Of a stretch of DNA of 64,000 bases, positions 23,415-33,311 are shown one piece after another. Positions within the stretch are counted from its first letter, which is position 1. Each line of letters begins with the position of its first letter. The DNA is from Actinomycetes bacterium (lineage in GTDB: Bacteria > Actinomycetota > Acidimicrobiia > Acidimicrobiales > Ilumatobacteraceae), in the NCBI GenBank assembly GCA_014190095.1, contig BJFW01000002.1, positions 2,800 through 66,799 of the forward strand, read 5' to 3'. Both the position numbers and the translations under genes were made by a program. A model generated the notes under the pieces. That model made no database searches, had not been told where the DNA came from, and saw only the letters and a list, made by a program, of their open reading frames with translations.

Positions 23415-23637
23415 GCAACAACAGGTTGAAGAAACCATCGAAGTGATCCGCCCAGCGTTGCAAGCCGACGGTGGCGACATTGTTTTGAAGGAAGTTGATG
23501 AAGCCACGGGGATTGTGAAAGTGACTCTTGTTGGAGCATGTGGAACATGCCCTGCATCCGATCAAACATTGAAAGCCGGAATTGAACGCATCATGCGCGA
23601 TCGTGTTGACGGTGTAACCGAGGTTGTGGCGGTTTAG
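23395..23637 (+). CDS. NifU/Nfu-type Fe-S cluster scaffold domain protein
   Basis: 80 aa. Has IRPALQADGGDI and the CxxC motif GACGTCPAS. The true start may be the ATG at 23413. Confidence 0.85.
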   Translation: MEYSVSMQQQVEETIEVIRPALQADGGDIVLKEVDEATGIVKVTLVGACGTCPASDQTLKAGIERIMRDRVDGVTEVVAV

Positions 23638-23640
23638 GGC

Positions 23641-24603
23641 GTGGCACAACGCATTTCGGATCCTTCGCAGTTATTTGATTTGGCTGTTACAGGGGATCGT
23701 GGTGCGCTTGCTCGATTGCTGTCGCTCATTGAACGCGGCGGGGAAGATGCACGAACGATTGCTCGTCTCACATACCCGAAAAGTGGTAGTGGCTACACCG
23801 TAGGAATCACTGGCGCGCCTGGCGCTGGAAAGAGCACGCTCACGAGTGCGACCATTGGTCACTTGCGTGCGAGCGATACAAAAGTTGCAGTGCTCGCAAT
23901 TGATCCGTCGTCACCTTTTACGGGTGGCGCAATTCTTGGAGATCGCGTTCGCATGCAAGATCATGCAACCGATGCAGGCGTGTTTATCCGCAGCATGGCA
24001 ACACGCGGGCATCTTGGTGGTTTGTCTTTAGCAACTAGTGAAGCGATTCACCTGCTGGACGCTGTTGGGTGCCCGTGGATTTTGGTCGAGACAGTTGGCG
24101 TTGGTCAGGTGGAAGTTGAAATTGCAGGCAAAGCTGACACCACAGTTGTAGTAGTGAACCCAGGTTGGGGCGACTCGGTGCAAGCAAATAAAGCCGGCCT
24201 CATGGAAATCGCAGACATTTTTGTGATTAACAAAGCAGACCGTAAGGGCGCAGACGAAACTCGTCGCGACCTAGAGCAAATGCTTGATTTGTCAGACATC
24301 GGCCATGACGATTGGCGTCCACCAATCTTGCAAACTTCGGCCGTGTCGGGTGAAGGTGTTTCCGAGTTGTGGAACACCGTTCTGGCGCATCGCGAATTCA
24401 TCCTGTCGAGTGGAAAGCTCGCGCAACGCAGGTCGTTTCGATTGCGCGAGGAATTACGTGCAATTGTTGAGCGTCGTCTTGAACTACGTGCCCGCGAAAT
24501 ATGCACAGGCGAGAAGTGGGATGGCCTTGAACAGCAAGTGCTTAATCACATGGTTGATCCATGGGCGGCTGCTGACGACATGCTGAAGGGCATTGGCGCG
24601 TAA
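23641..24603 (+). CDS. meaB: methylmalonyl-CoA mutase-associated GTPase MeaB/ArgK family
   Basis: 320 aa. P-loop GAPGAGKST, ETVGVGQ and NKADRKG motifs. Confidence 0.9.
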   Translation: MAQRISDPSQLFDLAVTGDRGALARLLSLIERGGEDARTIARLTYPKSGSGYTVGITGAPGAGKSTLTSATIGHLRASDTKVAVLAIDPSSPFTGGAILGDRVRMQDHATDAGVFIRSMATRGHLGGLSLATSEAIHLLDAVGCPWILVETVGVGQVEVEIAGKADTTVVVVNPGWGDSVQANKAGLMEIADIFVINKADRKGADETRRDLEQMLDLSDIGHDDWRPPILQTSAVSGEGVSELWNTVLAHREFILSSGKLAQRRSFRLREELRAIVERRLELRAREICTGEKWDGLEQQVLNHMVDPWAAADDMLKGIGA

Positions 24604-24609
24604 GCAAAA

Positions 24610-25293
24610 ATGAAGTTGCGCATTGAGCCAGACGTTCGCCCTGTAGTTACTTCTGCACTTGCGCTCAGCGGCGCGGTTGGCGTGTTTGCACTTGCGTTTG
24701 GCGTGCTTGCAGTTGGAGCTGGAGCCAGCGTATGGCAAACATGCGCGTTGAGTTTCTTTGCATTTACTGGGGCGTCACAGATGTCGGCGATGTCAATTGT
24801 TTCAACAGGTGGAACAGTGTCGGCGGCATTGGGGAGTGGTTTGTTGTTGGCTGCTCGCAATGGTGTGTATGGTCTGGCGTTGTCGCCATATTTTGGAGAG
24901 TCGTTGGGCAAACGACTTCTAGCTGCGCACTTTGTTATTGACGAAACCACAGCAATGATGACCGCGCAAACAAATCCGCGATTACAAAAGATTGCATTCT
25001 GGACAACAGCAATCGCGTTGTTCTCATTGTGGAACCTGGGAACGCTGATTGGTGCGGTACTTGGTGGTTCGATAGATCCTCAAACTTATGGTCTTGATGT
25101 TGGGTTTACGGCTGCGTACATAACAATGTTGGTTCCACATTTACGAACAAAAAATGGGCGTATTGCGGCAGCAGGTGGAGGGTTGCTCAGCGTTGCGCTT
25201 GCACCGCTTTTGCCCGTTGGGCTTCCTATTTTGGTTTCGGGACTTGCAATTTTCGTTGGTGTGAAGCCGCAGCGAGTACCGGCATCTGTATGA
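24610..25293 (+). CDS. azlC: AzlC-family branched-chain amino acid permease component
   Basis: 227 aa polytopic protein with the FAFTGASQ motif region, followed by an overlapping small AzlD-like gene. Confidence 0.8.
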   Translation: MKLRIEPDVRPVVTSALALSGAVGVFALAFGVLAVGAGASVWQTCALSFFAFTGASQMSAMSIVSTGGTVSAALGSGLLLAARNGVYGLALSPYFGESLGKRLLAAHFVIDETTAMMTAQTNPRLQKIAFWTTAIALFSLWNLGTLIGAVLGGSIDPQTYGLDVGFTAAYITMLVPHLRTKNGRIAAAGGGLLSVALAPLLPVGLPILVSGLAIFVGVKPQRVPASV

Positions 25294-25595
25294 ATCTGTC
25301 GTGGACGCTCGTGATCTGGTTGTCAGTTGGTGCTTACGCGTTCAAGATGCTCGGATTCGTCGTGGTGGGTTCGCGCACATTGCCCGATGTACTGGCGCGA
25401 TGTCTCATGCTCATTCCAGCTGCACTGCTGGGAGCAATGGTGCTCAATGGCACATTCACTGATGCTCAATCAATTGTCATTGACGAGCGTGCAATTGGAT
25501 TGTTGGTCGCGGTAGTTGCTGCCTGGCGAAAACTGCCACTCATTGTTGTTGTCGTGCTTGCTGCTACAACAACGGCGATACTCCGTCTGGTGTGA
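25290..25595 (+). CDS. azlD: AzlD-family small membrane protein
   Basis: 101 aa with 3-4 TM helices. A 4-nt overlap with azlC. Confidence 0.7.
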   Translation: MNLSWTLVIWLSVGAYAFKMLGFVVVGSRTLPDVLARCLMLIPAALLGAMVLNGTFTDAQSIVIDERAIGLLVAVVAAWRKLPLIVVVVLAATTTAILRLV

Positions 25596-25616
25596 CCGCT
25601 ATCCCTCAACTTTGGG

Positions 25617-25703
25617 TTAAATCTTGGAGATTGGTTACGCACGCTGTCCAATACTGCACAAAGATTAAATCGTGGGAAAGTCCCACCAGTTAAATCGAGG
25701 AGA
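25617..25703 (+). repeat. three direct copies of a 14-nt motif TTAAATC[TG][TA]GG[AG][GA]A in the fasciclin gene leader
   Basis: The copies are at 25617-25630 (TTAAATCTTGGAGA), 25665-25678 (TTAAATCGTGGGAA) and 25690-25703 (TTAAATCGAGGAGA). The last copy contains the SD. Copy 2 is the 5' arm of the hairpin GTGGGA-AAG-TCCCAC (25672-25686). Confidence 0.5.
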
Positions 25704-25711
25704 CCCCCTTA

Positions 25712-26245
25712 ATGAAAAAAGTACTTGCTCTCGCTCTTGTAGCGAGCATTTCGTTAGTTGCATGTGGTAGCGATGCATCAACAGAAGTTGTTGAAACAAC
25801 AGTGATGGAAGAAGTCGCCGCAAATGACATCGTTGCTGTTGCAAGCAGCACAGAAGGTTTTAGCACCCTCGTAGCAGCACTCAGCGCCGCAGGTTTGGTA
25901 GAGACACTTCAGGGTGAAGGTCCATTCACGGTGTTCGCACCAACCGATGATGCGTTCGCAGCATTGCCAGCAGGCTTGCTCGAGAAGCTGCTCTTGCCAG
26001 AAAACATTGGCGTTCTGACTGCAATCTTGACCTACCACGTAGTGGCTGGAAAAGTAATGTCAACCGACGCAACAACCGGTGATGCAGCAACAGTCGAAGG
26101 TTCGACGTTGGCATTGGACACAATGAGCGGTGTAAAGGTGAACGATGCAATGGTGATTGCTGCAGACGTTGAGGCCAGCAACGGCGTGATCCATGTGATC
26201 GACAAGGTGCTTGTGCCACCAACAGTTGATCTTGCATCACTCTAG
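25712..26245 (+). CDS. fasciclin (FAS1) domain lipoprotein
   Basis: 177 aa. Signal peptide with lipobox LVACGS. FAS1 motifs [13 protein letters not shown] and [13 protein letters not shown]. Confidence 0.85.
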   Translation: MKKVLALALVASISLVACGSDASTEVVETTVMEEVAANDIVAVASSTEGFSTLVAALSAAGLVETLQGEGPFTVFAPTDDAFAALPAGLLEKLLLPENIGVLTAILTYHVVAGKVMSTDATTGDAATVEGSTLALDTMSGVKVNDAMVIAADVEASNGVIHVIDKVLVPPTVDLASL

Positions 26246-26259
26246 ATACAAGTAACGGT

Positions 26260-26296
26260 GAGGTGGTTGGGCTTTGGCTCAACCACCTCATTTTTT
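26260..26296. terminator. bidirectional intrinsic terminator between convergent genes
   Basis: GAGGTGGTTG (26260-26269) pairs with CAACCACCTC (26280-26289) and is followed by ATTTTTT. This is the only canonical hairpin plus T-tract I found in the window. Confidence 0.7.
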
Positions 26297-26311
26297 AAAT
26301 ACGGATAGTGG

Positions 26312-26755
26312 TTAAGCGTTCGCTTCAACAATCTTTTTGAGTTCGCGCAAGTTGCGCTTCCAAATCATTCCCATCACCAATTTCGCACCCACGAGTTCGC
26401 CAAGCTTTCCGCCAAGCCACCATGGGAAGTTCAGTTCTTCCGCCCAAGTAAAGGTGGTTCCGCCGAGGTGTGGGGTAAGCGTAAATTTGCCAGTTCCTGT
26501 GACTACACCAACATGGCGCACACCCATGACCTGCTGCGGGATCCATTCGGTGATTTCCATTTTGTCGACAAGCTTGATCGGCCCAACTTTTGTGTCGCAA
26601 AAGAACTCAGTTCCAACTCCACGTCGCTGATCTTTGACAAAGCGAATGGCGACAGCATCAGCCATCCAGTCCACGTGGTTTTCCACAGGTTCAACGATGC
26701 TCCACACATGTTCTGGTGTTGCGTTGAGTTGGATGCTTACTTCAATGTGTGCCAT
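26312..26755 (-). CDS. SRPBCC-family (polyketide cyclase/dehydrase-like) protein
   Basis: 147 aa. Typical SRPBCC start (IEVSIQLNATPEHVWSIVEPVENHVDWM). Confidence 0.7.
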   Translation of the reverse strand: MAHIEVSIQLNATPEHVWSIVEPVENHVDWMADAVAIRFVKDQRRGVGTEFFCDTKVGPIKLVDKMEITEWIPQQVMGVRHVGVVTGTGKFTLTPHLGGTTFTWAEELNFPWWLGGKLGELVGAKLVMGMIWKRNLRELKKIVEANA

Positions 26756-26767
26756 ATGCGAACCGTA

Positions 26768-27523
26768 CTACGACTTGTTGGTATGCGCTTTGCCGTACAC
26801 GGAGATTTGTCGGCGTGAATGTTCGTTAAATGGGTCTTTGGCGTAGGTTTCCCAGCGTTGTTCAAGTTGAAGTCCCGCTCGTGTGGCCATTTCGTCAATC
26901 TCTTGTGGAAAAGCAAAGCGGACTTTCCATTCGCGACGCACTGCTTTTTCACCAACTACCTCGATAAACACACCATTAATCAATTGCTGTGCCTTATCGA
27001 CATTTACTTCGCTTGTGATGTAACCGCGTGAGGAACTGCGATGGGGGGTTGGTCCACTGTGCTCGGGCATGTCGGCGCTGGGCACGAAGCAATCAACAAT
27101 GATGTGGCCGCCAGTGGATAGCGACTTGGCGCAGCGAATGAGGCACTCTTGCTGTTCTTGTGCGCTGAGCAAGTTGAACAGTGTGTTGTAGGCGAGAAGC
27201 ACAACGCTGAATGGTCCTTGAGCCATGTCACGAACCATGTGCCCAAGCTGTGCGTCAATTAACTCGGCTCGTGGTTTGGCGGCAAGTTGGTCAAGCATCG
27301 CTTGCGATGAATCAATCCCGCTCACGTGAACTCCGCTGCTTTCACCCGCTAACGCAATGGGGAGTGCAAGCCTGCCAGTTCCTATACCCAGTTCGTAGAC
27401 GCTTCCGTTTTCGGCAAGTGACAGAACGAGAGCAACCACCTGATCGATGTTGTCTAAATCCCGATACCACTCGTCATAAATGTCGGCGAAGTTGTCGCCA
27501 TACGGATTATCGGAATATTCCAC
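26768..27523 (-). CDS. class I SAM-dependent methyltransferase
   Basis: 251 aa. Motif I VYELGIGTGRLALPIA and the downstream acidic loop. Confidence 0.8.
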   Translation of the reverse strand: MEYSDNPYGDNFADIYDEWYRDLDNIDQVVALVLSLAENGSVYELGIGTGRLALPIALAGESSGVHVSGIDSSQAMLDQLAAKPRAELIDAQLGHMVRDMAQGPFSVVLLAYNTLFNLLSAQEQQECLIRCAKSLSTGGHIIVDCFVPSADMPEHSGPTPHRSSSRGYITSEVNVDKAQQLINGVFIEVVGEKAVRREWKVRFAFPQEIDEMATRAGLQLEQRWETYAKDPFNEHSRRQISVYGKAHTNKS

Positions 27524-27576
27524 CTCTCCATTCTCGCCGAGAACTTCGGTAATCAGTCAGCCATTAGTCTGAAGGC

Positions 27577-28710
27577 ATGGGTACATATCTTGATCATGCA
27601 GCGAGCACGCCAATGCGTGCCGAAGCGATTGAGGCAATGACCCCATATCTCGACGGAATGTATGCAAACCCGTCGGGATCGCATCGCTTTGCCCGCGAGG
27701 CACGCAAAGCATTGGACGAAGCTCGCGATCTTGTCGCTGCAACGCTGGGTTGTAAGCCCGGCGAAGTGGTGTTCACCAGTGGCGGAACCGAAGGTGATAA
27801 CCACGCAATTCTTGGCGCTGTCCGCCGTCTCGGTGGCGTTGCCGTATGCCCGGCAGCTGAGCATCACGCAGTGCTGCATTGTGTTGAACATGTAAACGGC
27901 GTTGTAGTTCGTGTGAATAGTTTGGGAACTGTAGACCTCGAAGATTTGCAGCGAGTGCTTGAAGAGGCAACAGACGAACAACCGATCACCGTTGTATCGG
28001 TAATGGCGGTGAACAACGAAGTTGGCTCAATTACGCCGATGCGCGATGTTGCGCGAATTGTTCGCAAGTACGCACCAAATGCAATTTTGCATACCGATGC
28101 TGTGCAAGCTGCATGTTGGTTGGACTTGCGTGAGATCACTCCACTAGTTGATGCACTGTCACTTTCGGCACACAAGTTTGGCGGACCAAAAGGTGTTGGT
28201 GTGATGATGATCAAAACTGGAAAGAATCTTGAACCACTTATTTTTGGTGGCGGTCAAGAGCGAGATCGCCGAAGCGGCACGCACAACGTTTCGGGAATTA
28301 TTGCTACGGCTAAGGCTCTTGAAGTAACTGATAGGACACGTGCAGAAGAAACCCAGCGTGTCACGAAATTGCGCGATCGATTGGTCGACGAAATTCGTGA
28401 ACAAGTAGATGGCGTGTTGGAAACGGTTCCGCGCGAACATCGTGTTCCTGGTGTCGCGCACTTGTGCTTTTCTGGTCTTGAAAATGAAGCCTTACTGTTT
28501 CTGTTGGATCAGGCAGACGTGTATGCATCTGCTGCATCGGCCTGCGCCAGTGGGGCAATGGAACCTTCGCATGTGTTGGAGGCAATGGGTATTGCACGGT
28601 CGTGGAGCAGTGGGGCACTGCGTTTAAGCCTTGGCCACACCACAACCGACGCAGAAATAGACCTAGCGGTTTCGGCCATTGTGTCTGCAGTAAATCAGTT
28701 GCGTCGTTAG
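27577..28710 (+). CDS. cysteine desulfurase (NifS/IscS family)
   Basis: 377 aa. PLP-Lys motif SAHKFGGPKGVG and active-site Cys region SAASACASG. Paired with mnmA. Confidence 0.9.
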   Translation: MGTYLDHAASTPMRAEAIEAMTPYLDGMYANPSGSHRFAREARKALDEARDLVAATLGCKPGEVVFTSGGTEGDNHAILGAVRRLGGVAVCPAAEHHAVLHCVEHVNGVVVRVNSLGTVDLEDLQRVLEEATDEQPITVVSVMAVNNEVGSITPMRDVARIVRKYAPNAILHTDAVQAACWLDLREITPLVDALSLSAHKFGGPKGVGVMMIKTGKNLEPLIFGGGQERDRRSGTHNVSGIIATAKALEVTDRTRAEETQRVTKLRDRLVDEIREQVDGVLETVPREHRVPGVAHLCFSGLENEALLFLLDQADVYASAASACASGAMEPSHVLEAMGIARSWSSGALRLSLGHTTTDAEIDLAVSAIVSAVNQLRR

Positions 28711-28720
28711 CCTTTAGTTC

Positions 28721-29791
28721 ATGAAAGTGCTTGTTGCGATGTCGGGAGGCGTAGATTCGTCCGTCGCTGCCGCCGAGTTGAAAGCCGCAGGGCACGAAGT
28801 TGTTGGAGTCACCATGCGCTTATGGGGCGGCGAGAGCGACACGGGTTGTTGCTCGGTTTCCGACGTAGACGATGCGCGCCGAGTAGCGCAGCAGTTGAAC
28901 ATTGACCACTTAGTCTTCAATTTTTCAGACGACTTTGACAAGCATGTAGTCGCCCCATATGTGCAGGCACACGTGGATGGCATTACGCCAAACCCATGTA
29001 TTGAATGCAATCGTCATTTGAAGTTTGATCGCCTGAGCGAGCGTGCACGCCTGTTGGGGTTTGATGCAGTTGCAACCGGTCATCATGCGCGAATCGAACG
29101 CGATGACGATGGAACGCTTCGTCTAGCACGCGGTGCCGACGATGCAAAAGATCAGAGCTACGTCGTGCACATGCTGGATCAAGCAGAGCTTGCGTACACC
29201 ATGTTTCCTGTTGGTCATTTAACCAAAGCTCAAGTGCGCGAGCGTGCGGTTGAACTTGGGTTGCGCACTGCAACAAAACCAGACAGTCAAGACGTGTGTT
29301 TCATTAGCAAGACTGGCGGACGCGAAACCTTCCTAGGTAATCGCATTCCGTTCCGCAAAGCAGAGGTAGTGAACGAAGACGGAACGCATGCGGGAAAAGT
29401 TGAAGCATTAGAGCTCGTCACTATTGGACAGCGCAAGGGACTCGGAATTCCTGGTGGTGGGCCAAAGCAATATGTGGTCGAAGTGGATACACCAAATGCG
29501 CGTGTAGTAATCGGTGAGGAAGCAAGCTTGTACCGCAAGTCTCTGGTAGTGAACCAAATCATTTGGTCAGATACAAAAGACCTTCAGCGACTTCGGACAA
29601 CAAATGACGTATTGGTGCAATCCAGTGCGCATGGTGCGGCCATTCCGGCAATCGTGGACATTCTCTCCGAAGATTCGGTTCGTATTACTTGGAGTGAGCC
29701 ACAGCGTCGTATCGCACCAGGTCAGTCGGTCGTGTTGTACAACATGACGAACAAACATGTTCTTGGGGGTGGCATTGCCACAGCAGAATAA
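28721..29791 (+). CDS. mnmA: tRNA 2-thiouridine(34) synthase
   Basis: 356 aa. PP-loop VAMSGGVDSSVAA and conserved Cys residues (NPCIECN). Confidence 0.95.
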   Translation: MKVLVAMSGGVDSSVAAAELKAAGHEVVGVTMRLWGGESDTGCCSVSDVDDARRVAQQLNIDHLVFNFSDDFDKHVVAPYVQAHVDGITPNPCIECNRHLKFDRLSERARLLGFDAVATGHHARIERDDDGTLRLARGADDAKDQSYVVHMLDQAELAYTMFPVGHLTKAQVRERAVELGLRTATKPDSQDVCFISKTGGRETFLGNRIPFRKAEVVNEDGTHAGKVEALELVTIGQRKGLGIPGGGPKQYVVEVDTPNARVVIGEEASLYRKSLVVNQIIWSDTKDLQRLRTTNDVLVQSSAHGAAIPAIVDILSEDSVRITWSEPQRRIAPGQSVVLYNMTNKHVLGGGIATAE

Positions 29792-30559
29792 ATGCGAGCA
29801 GTTCAAAAAATTCTTGCCTTACTGTTGGCGTATGTTTCGCTTGTAACTTTCGGTTCATATAGCAGTGCCTCTGCGCAGGGGAATGTTCTTGAACGCAAAG
29901 TGTTTGGCACATCGATTCAAGGGCGTCCGCTAGTGGCATTTCGAATGGGTGACCCTCGCGGGGTTACTGTTGCTGTCGTTGGTGTGATTCATGGCAACGA
30001 AGAAGCAGGTCTTCTCATTACTGATGAGTTGCTGAAAATGCAGATACCTAAAGGGGTAAATCTCTGGGTAATTCCATCCATGAATCCCGATGGAACCGCA
30101 TTGGATCGTCGTGGAAATGCAAATCGCGTGGACCTCAATAGAAACTTTCCCTACAGATGGGCACGAATTGGCCAGCCGGGCTACTGGGAATATGCGGGAC
30201 CGAATCGAGCATCTGAGCCAGAGACGAAAGCACTCGTCAAGTTTTTCCGTGAGATCAAACCTGCTCTTGGTGTGTGGTATCACCAAGACTTAAACGTCAT
30301 TTCACCAGGTGTTGGTTTTGAGGGTGAAATTCGAGCTCGGTATGGTGCGATCACTGGCTTACCGATGAAGCGAATCACGGGTGGAACGTACACAGGCGTT
30401 GCGGCAACCTGGCAAAGGAAGGGTTTGAAAAACTCGATGGCGTTTGTTGTGGAACTTGGCAAAACCCTGAATATGGACGAAGCCAAAGTGCATGCCAATG
30501 CCGTGCTCGATATTTCAATGATGTTGAGAGACGCCTCATCTAGCAAACTAGGGAAGTGA
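29792..30559 (+). CDS. secreted M14-family zinc carboxypeptidase-like protein
   Basis: 255 aa. Signal peptide. HGNEEAG (HxxE zinc site) and VDLNRNFP motifs. The ATG directly follows the mnmA TAA. Confidence 0.8.
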   Translation: MRAVQKILALLLAYVSLVTFGSYSSASAQGNVLERKVFGTSIQGRPLVAFRMGDPRGVTVAVVGVIHGNEEAGLLITDELLKMQIPKGVNLWVIPSMNPDGTALDRRGNANRVDLNRNFPYRWARIGQPGYWEYAGPNRASEPETKALVKFFREIKPALGVWYHQDLNVISPGVGFEGEIRARYGAITGLPMKRITGGTYTGVAATWQRKGLKNSMAFVVELGKTLNMDEAKVHANAVLDISMMLRDASSSKLGK

Positions 30560-31344
30560 AAATTTCAAAACAACGCGCGCTGATCTTGATGGGATTTGGC
30601 ATTGGCGCTGGATTGTTATCGGGCATGTTTGGTCTCGGTGGTGGCATCATCATTGTTCCGGGGCTCATGTTTGCACTTGGCATGGATCAGCGGCGAGCCC
30701 ACGGCACCTCGCTTGCGGGAGTGTTTCTCATCTCCATTTCCAGTTTCTTTACCTATTGGACTCACGACCATATTGACTGGCCTGTTGTGCTTTGGCTAGC
30801 AATTGGCTCAGTTGTAGGTTCGCTGATTGGTGCAGAACTTCTTGCGAGACTCTCAAAGCGAACATTGACGATTGCGTTCATAGGAATTCTTGTCATTGCT
30901 GGTGTCCGAATGTTTTTCAAAATAGATTCTTCAGGAGAAATGATTTTGAATGGTCCAACTGCCGCGTGGCTTGTGGTAATCGGTGTTGTGGTAGGAGCTC
31001 TTGCCGGAATGTTGGGTATCGGTGGCGGTCTGATGACTGTGCCAATTTTGGTGATCTTCTTTCATGTTTCTCCAGCGATTGCAAAAGGCACTTCACTCGC
31101 AGTGGTAATTCCTACGGCTTTTTCGGGAACACTTCAGAATTTACGAAATAAGAATACCGACCTCACTGCAGCAGCAATCGTGAGTTCAACAGGAATTGTT
31201 ACCGCTATCGCTGGTAGCTGGATTGCTGCACGTATGGATGATGCGATTTCAAACTTCCTCTTTGCAGTGCTGCTTATCTTTATCGCAGGAAGAATGTTGC
31301 TGCAATTACGTAAGCAGCGGGAAGTTACGCTAATAGGCGAGTAA
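30556..31344 (+). CDS. TauE/SafE-family anion exporter
   Basis: 262 aa with an internal duplication carrying GLGGGIIIVPGLMF and GIGGGLMTVPILV. A 4-nt overlap with the previous gene. Confidence 0.8.
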   Translation: MKISKQRALILMGFGIGAGLLSGMFGLGGGIIIVPGLMFALGMDQRRAHGTSLAGVFLISISSFFTYWTHDHIDWPVVLWLAIGSVVGSLIGAELLARLSKRTLTIAFIGILVIAGVRMFFKIDSSGEMILNGPTAAWLVVIGVVVGALAGMLGIGGGLMTVPILVIFFHVSPAIAKGTSLAVVIPTAFSGTLQNLRNKNTDLTAAAIVSSTGIVTAIAGSWIAARMDDAISNFLFAVLLIFIAGRMLLQLRKQREVTLIGE

Positions 31345-32527
31345 GACCTATCAAGTTTTCGTATTGATCTATTTCGTTGTACATGTGAGCGGAAATCCGA
31401 ACGTACGATTTGTCACGCACGGTCATGCACATGCATTCAGTATTGAGTTCTAACCCGGTTCGTTCGACCAGTGCGTCAATTTGTGGCTTTGTAAGTGGCT
31501 GATTGAATGGCAACTGCACCATGCGTAACCATGGTGCTTCAACGGTGCCTTCAAGATGATTTGAGGTCCCCCAGGCATCGCGAAGCAGTGCAGCCGCGCC
31601 GTCGGCAACTGTGCGATTGTGCAAGTCGCGCTGTGCGTATGGCCATTGTTCCTGAAACGCAAGTGCGGCAGGAACTGACAGGTATGTCGAATAGTCACTG
31701 GTGCCTTGCCATTCAAACGATGTGGGGAAACCATCTTCAAATCCCCATGATGGGGCAAGCGGTTTCATGACGGCCCGAATTTCTGGAGAGCCGCAAATGA
31801 GTGCCGCGGCTGGCCGTGGTGCGCACAGCCATTTGTGCAGGTTTCCAACCCACACGTCGTAAGTATTGGGCAAAGGGTGCTCCAGCATCCCAGCGGAGTG
31901 TGCAGCATCAATTACGAAATTGGTGTGAGGGTGTGTCGCACGAATTGAAGCGATGATGTCATCAATGGGAAAGAGCACTCCCGTTTCAGACGTGATGTGA
32001 TCAAGTACAACAACGATTGGCTCACCATTTGTTGGCAGTACAGCATGAATTCTAGAACTAATGATTTCGGCAGTTACATCGTGTGGGTACACCAGTTCGG
32101 CAACTGCGTATGTGGCGTGACTACGGGCAGCAATATGTTGCATGCCGTGCAACACTCCGCCGTAGCCAAGAGAAGTGGCAACAAGGTGCGTTCGTTGATT
32201 TCGTGAAGTCGAGTCATCGACTAGAGCCTGTACGGCGGTGACGACACCCTGAGAGGCATTCGGTACAAAGGCAAAGAGTTCTGGAGCGACGCCAAACCAA
32301 TAGGCCACAATGTGTCGTGCCTCGATCATTAATTGCGGTAATTCATACCGAAACCAGTGGTTGGGGTTGCTATTCGCGCGATCTATGAATGTGTTTTGTA
32401 CATCTTGCACGGTGATAGGGACTGCTCCATATGAGCCGTGATTCAGATACGCAATGGATTTGTCTAACTGCCACAGTGCAGCAAATTCGTTTTGTGCGAT
32501 GGTCACGTTATGAAGGTAACCGATCAA
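31325..32527 (-). CDS. class V aminotransferase (isopenicillin-N epimerase / cysteine desulfurase-like)
   Basis: 400 aa. LNHGSYGAVP near the N-terminus and a PLP-Lys candidate in GNLHKWLCAP. Confidence 0.8.
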   Translation of the reverse strand: MIGYLHNVTIAQNEFAALWQLDKSIAYLNHGSYGAVPITVQDVQNTFIDRANSNPNHWFRYELPQLMIEARHIVAYWFGVAPELFAFVPNASQGVVTAVQALVDDSTSRNQRTHLVATSLGYGGVLHGMQHIAARSHATYAVAELVYPHDVTAEIISSRIHAVLPTNGEPIVVVLDHITSETGVLFPIDDIIASIRATHPHTNFVIDAAHSAGMLEHPLPNTYDVWVGNLHKWLCAPRPAAALICGSPEIRAVMKPLAPSWGFEDGFPTSFEWQGTSDYSTYLSVPAALAFQEQWPYAQRDLHNRTVADGAAALLRDAWGTSNHLEGTVEAPWLRMVQLPFNQPLTKPQIDALVERTGLELNTECMCMTVRDKSYVRISAHMYNEIDQYENLIGLTRLLA

Positions 32528-33311
32528 TCACAGTGCTGTGGAGGAACCCGTTACTGCTGACCATCGAGTTCGCACGCCAATCGGATTTGCCAAGTCGATC
32601 AGTAATTGTGCCACCGGCTTCTTGCACGATTGGGTAAATGGCTGCGTTGTCGTATGGGGCAAGCCCGATGGCATCAATAGCAACATCAATTGCGCCTTGC
32701 GCCACCAACATGTGTTGCCAAAAATCGCCAAAGCCACGTGATCGCAAAGCATCAACTTGCAACTGTTGCAATGCGGGTAAGCCACCAACTTTTTCCCAAC
32801 CCTTGTTTGGTGTCGTGCTGACGTGCGCTTGCGAAAGTTCACTCACTGAGGATACGTAGATACGTGTTCCGTTGAAGTAAGCGCCTTCGCCAATTGAAGC
32901 CCACCACCGCATGCCTAACGCTGGGGCCGACACCACGCTCAACACAGGAACTTCGTTATGCACTAGTGCAATGAGCGAACCCCACACAGGAACTCCACGA
33001 ACAAAGTTGGTTGTCCCATCGATTGGATCGATGACCCATACATACTCTGCATCGGAAGGGCCGCTTGTTCCGTGCTCTTCTCCATAGATTCCGAATTCGG
33101 GAAATGCTTCGCGAAGTACCGATGAAATAGCTGTTTCCGTATTGCGATCAATTTCGGTGACTTCGCTGTTGTCGGACTTGCGCGAAACCGTGAAACTGCG
33201 GTTGTTGAAACCGGCATGGCTTACTTCGTCTGCAGCGTTGGCAGCCCGCAACGCGGTCTCCAGGTAGTGCTTATTTATTGACAAGTCGTTGGACCGTTGC
33301 GGCGATGCCAT
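32508..33311 (-). CDS. inositol monophosphatase-family protein (possible histidinol-phosphatase HisN)
   Basis: WVIDPIDGTTNF and YGEEHG metal-site motifs. The start is uncertain: the ATG at 33311 overlaps the dxs end by 41 nt, and the TTG at 33284 is an alternative. Confidence 0.8.
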   Translation of the reverse strand: MASPQRSNDLSINKHYLETALRAANAADEVSHAGFNNRSFTVSRKSDNSEVTEIDRNTETAISSVLREAFPEFGIYGEEHGTSGPSDAEYVWVIDPIDGTTNFVRGVPVWGSLIALVHNEVPVLSVVSAPALGMRWWASIGEGAYFNGTRIYVSSVSELSQAHVSTTPNKGWEKVGGLPALQQLQVDALRSRGFGDFWQHMLVAQGAIDVAIDAIGLAPYDNAAIYPIVQEAGGTITDRLGKSDWRANSMVSSNGFLHSTVIDRLPS

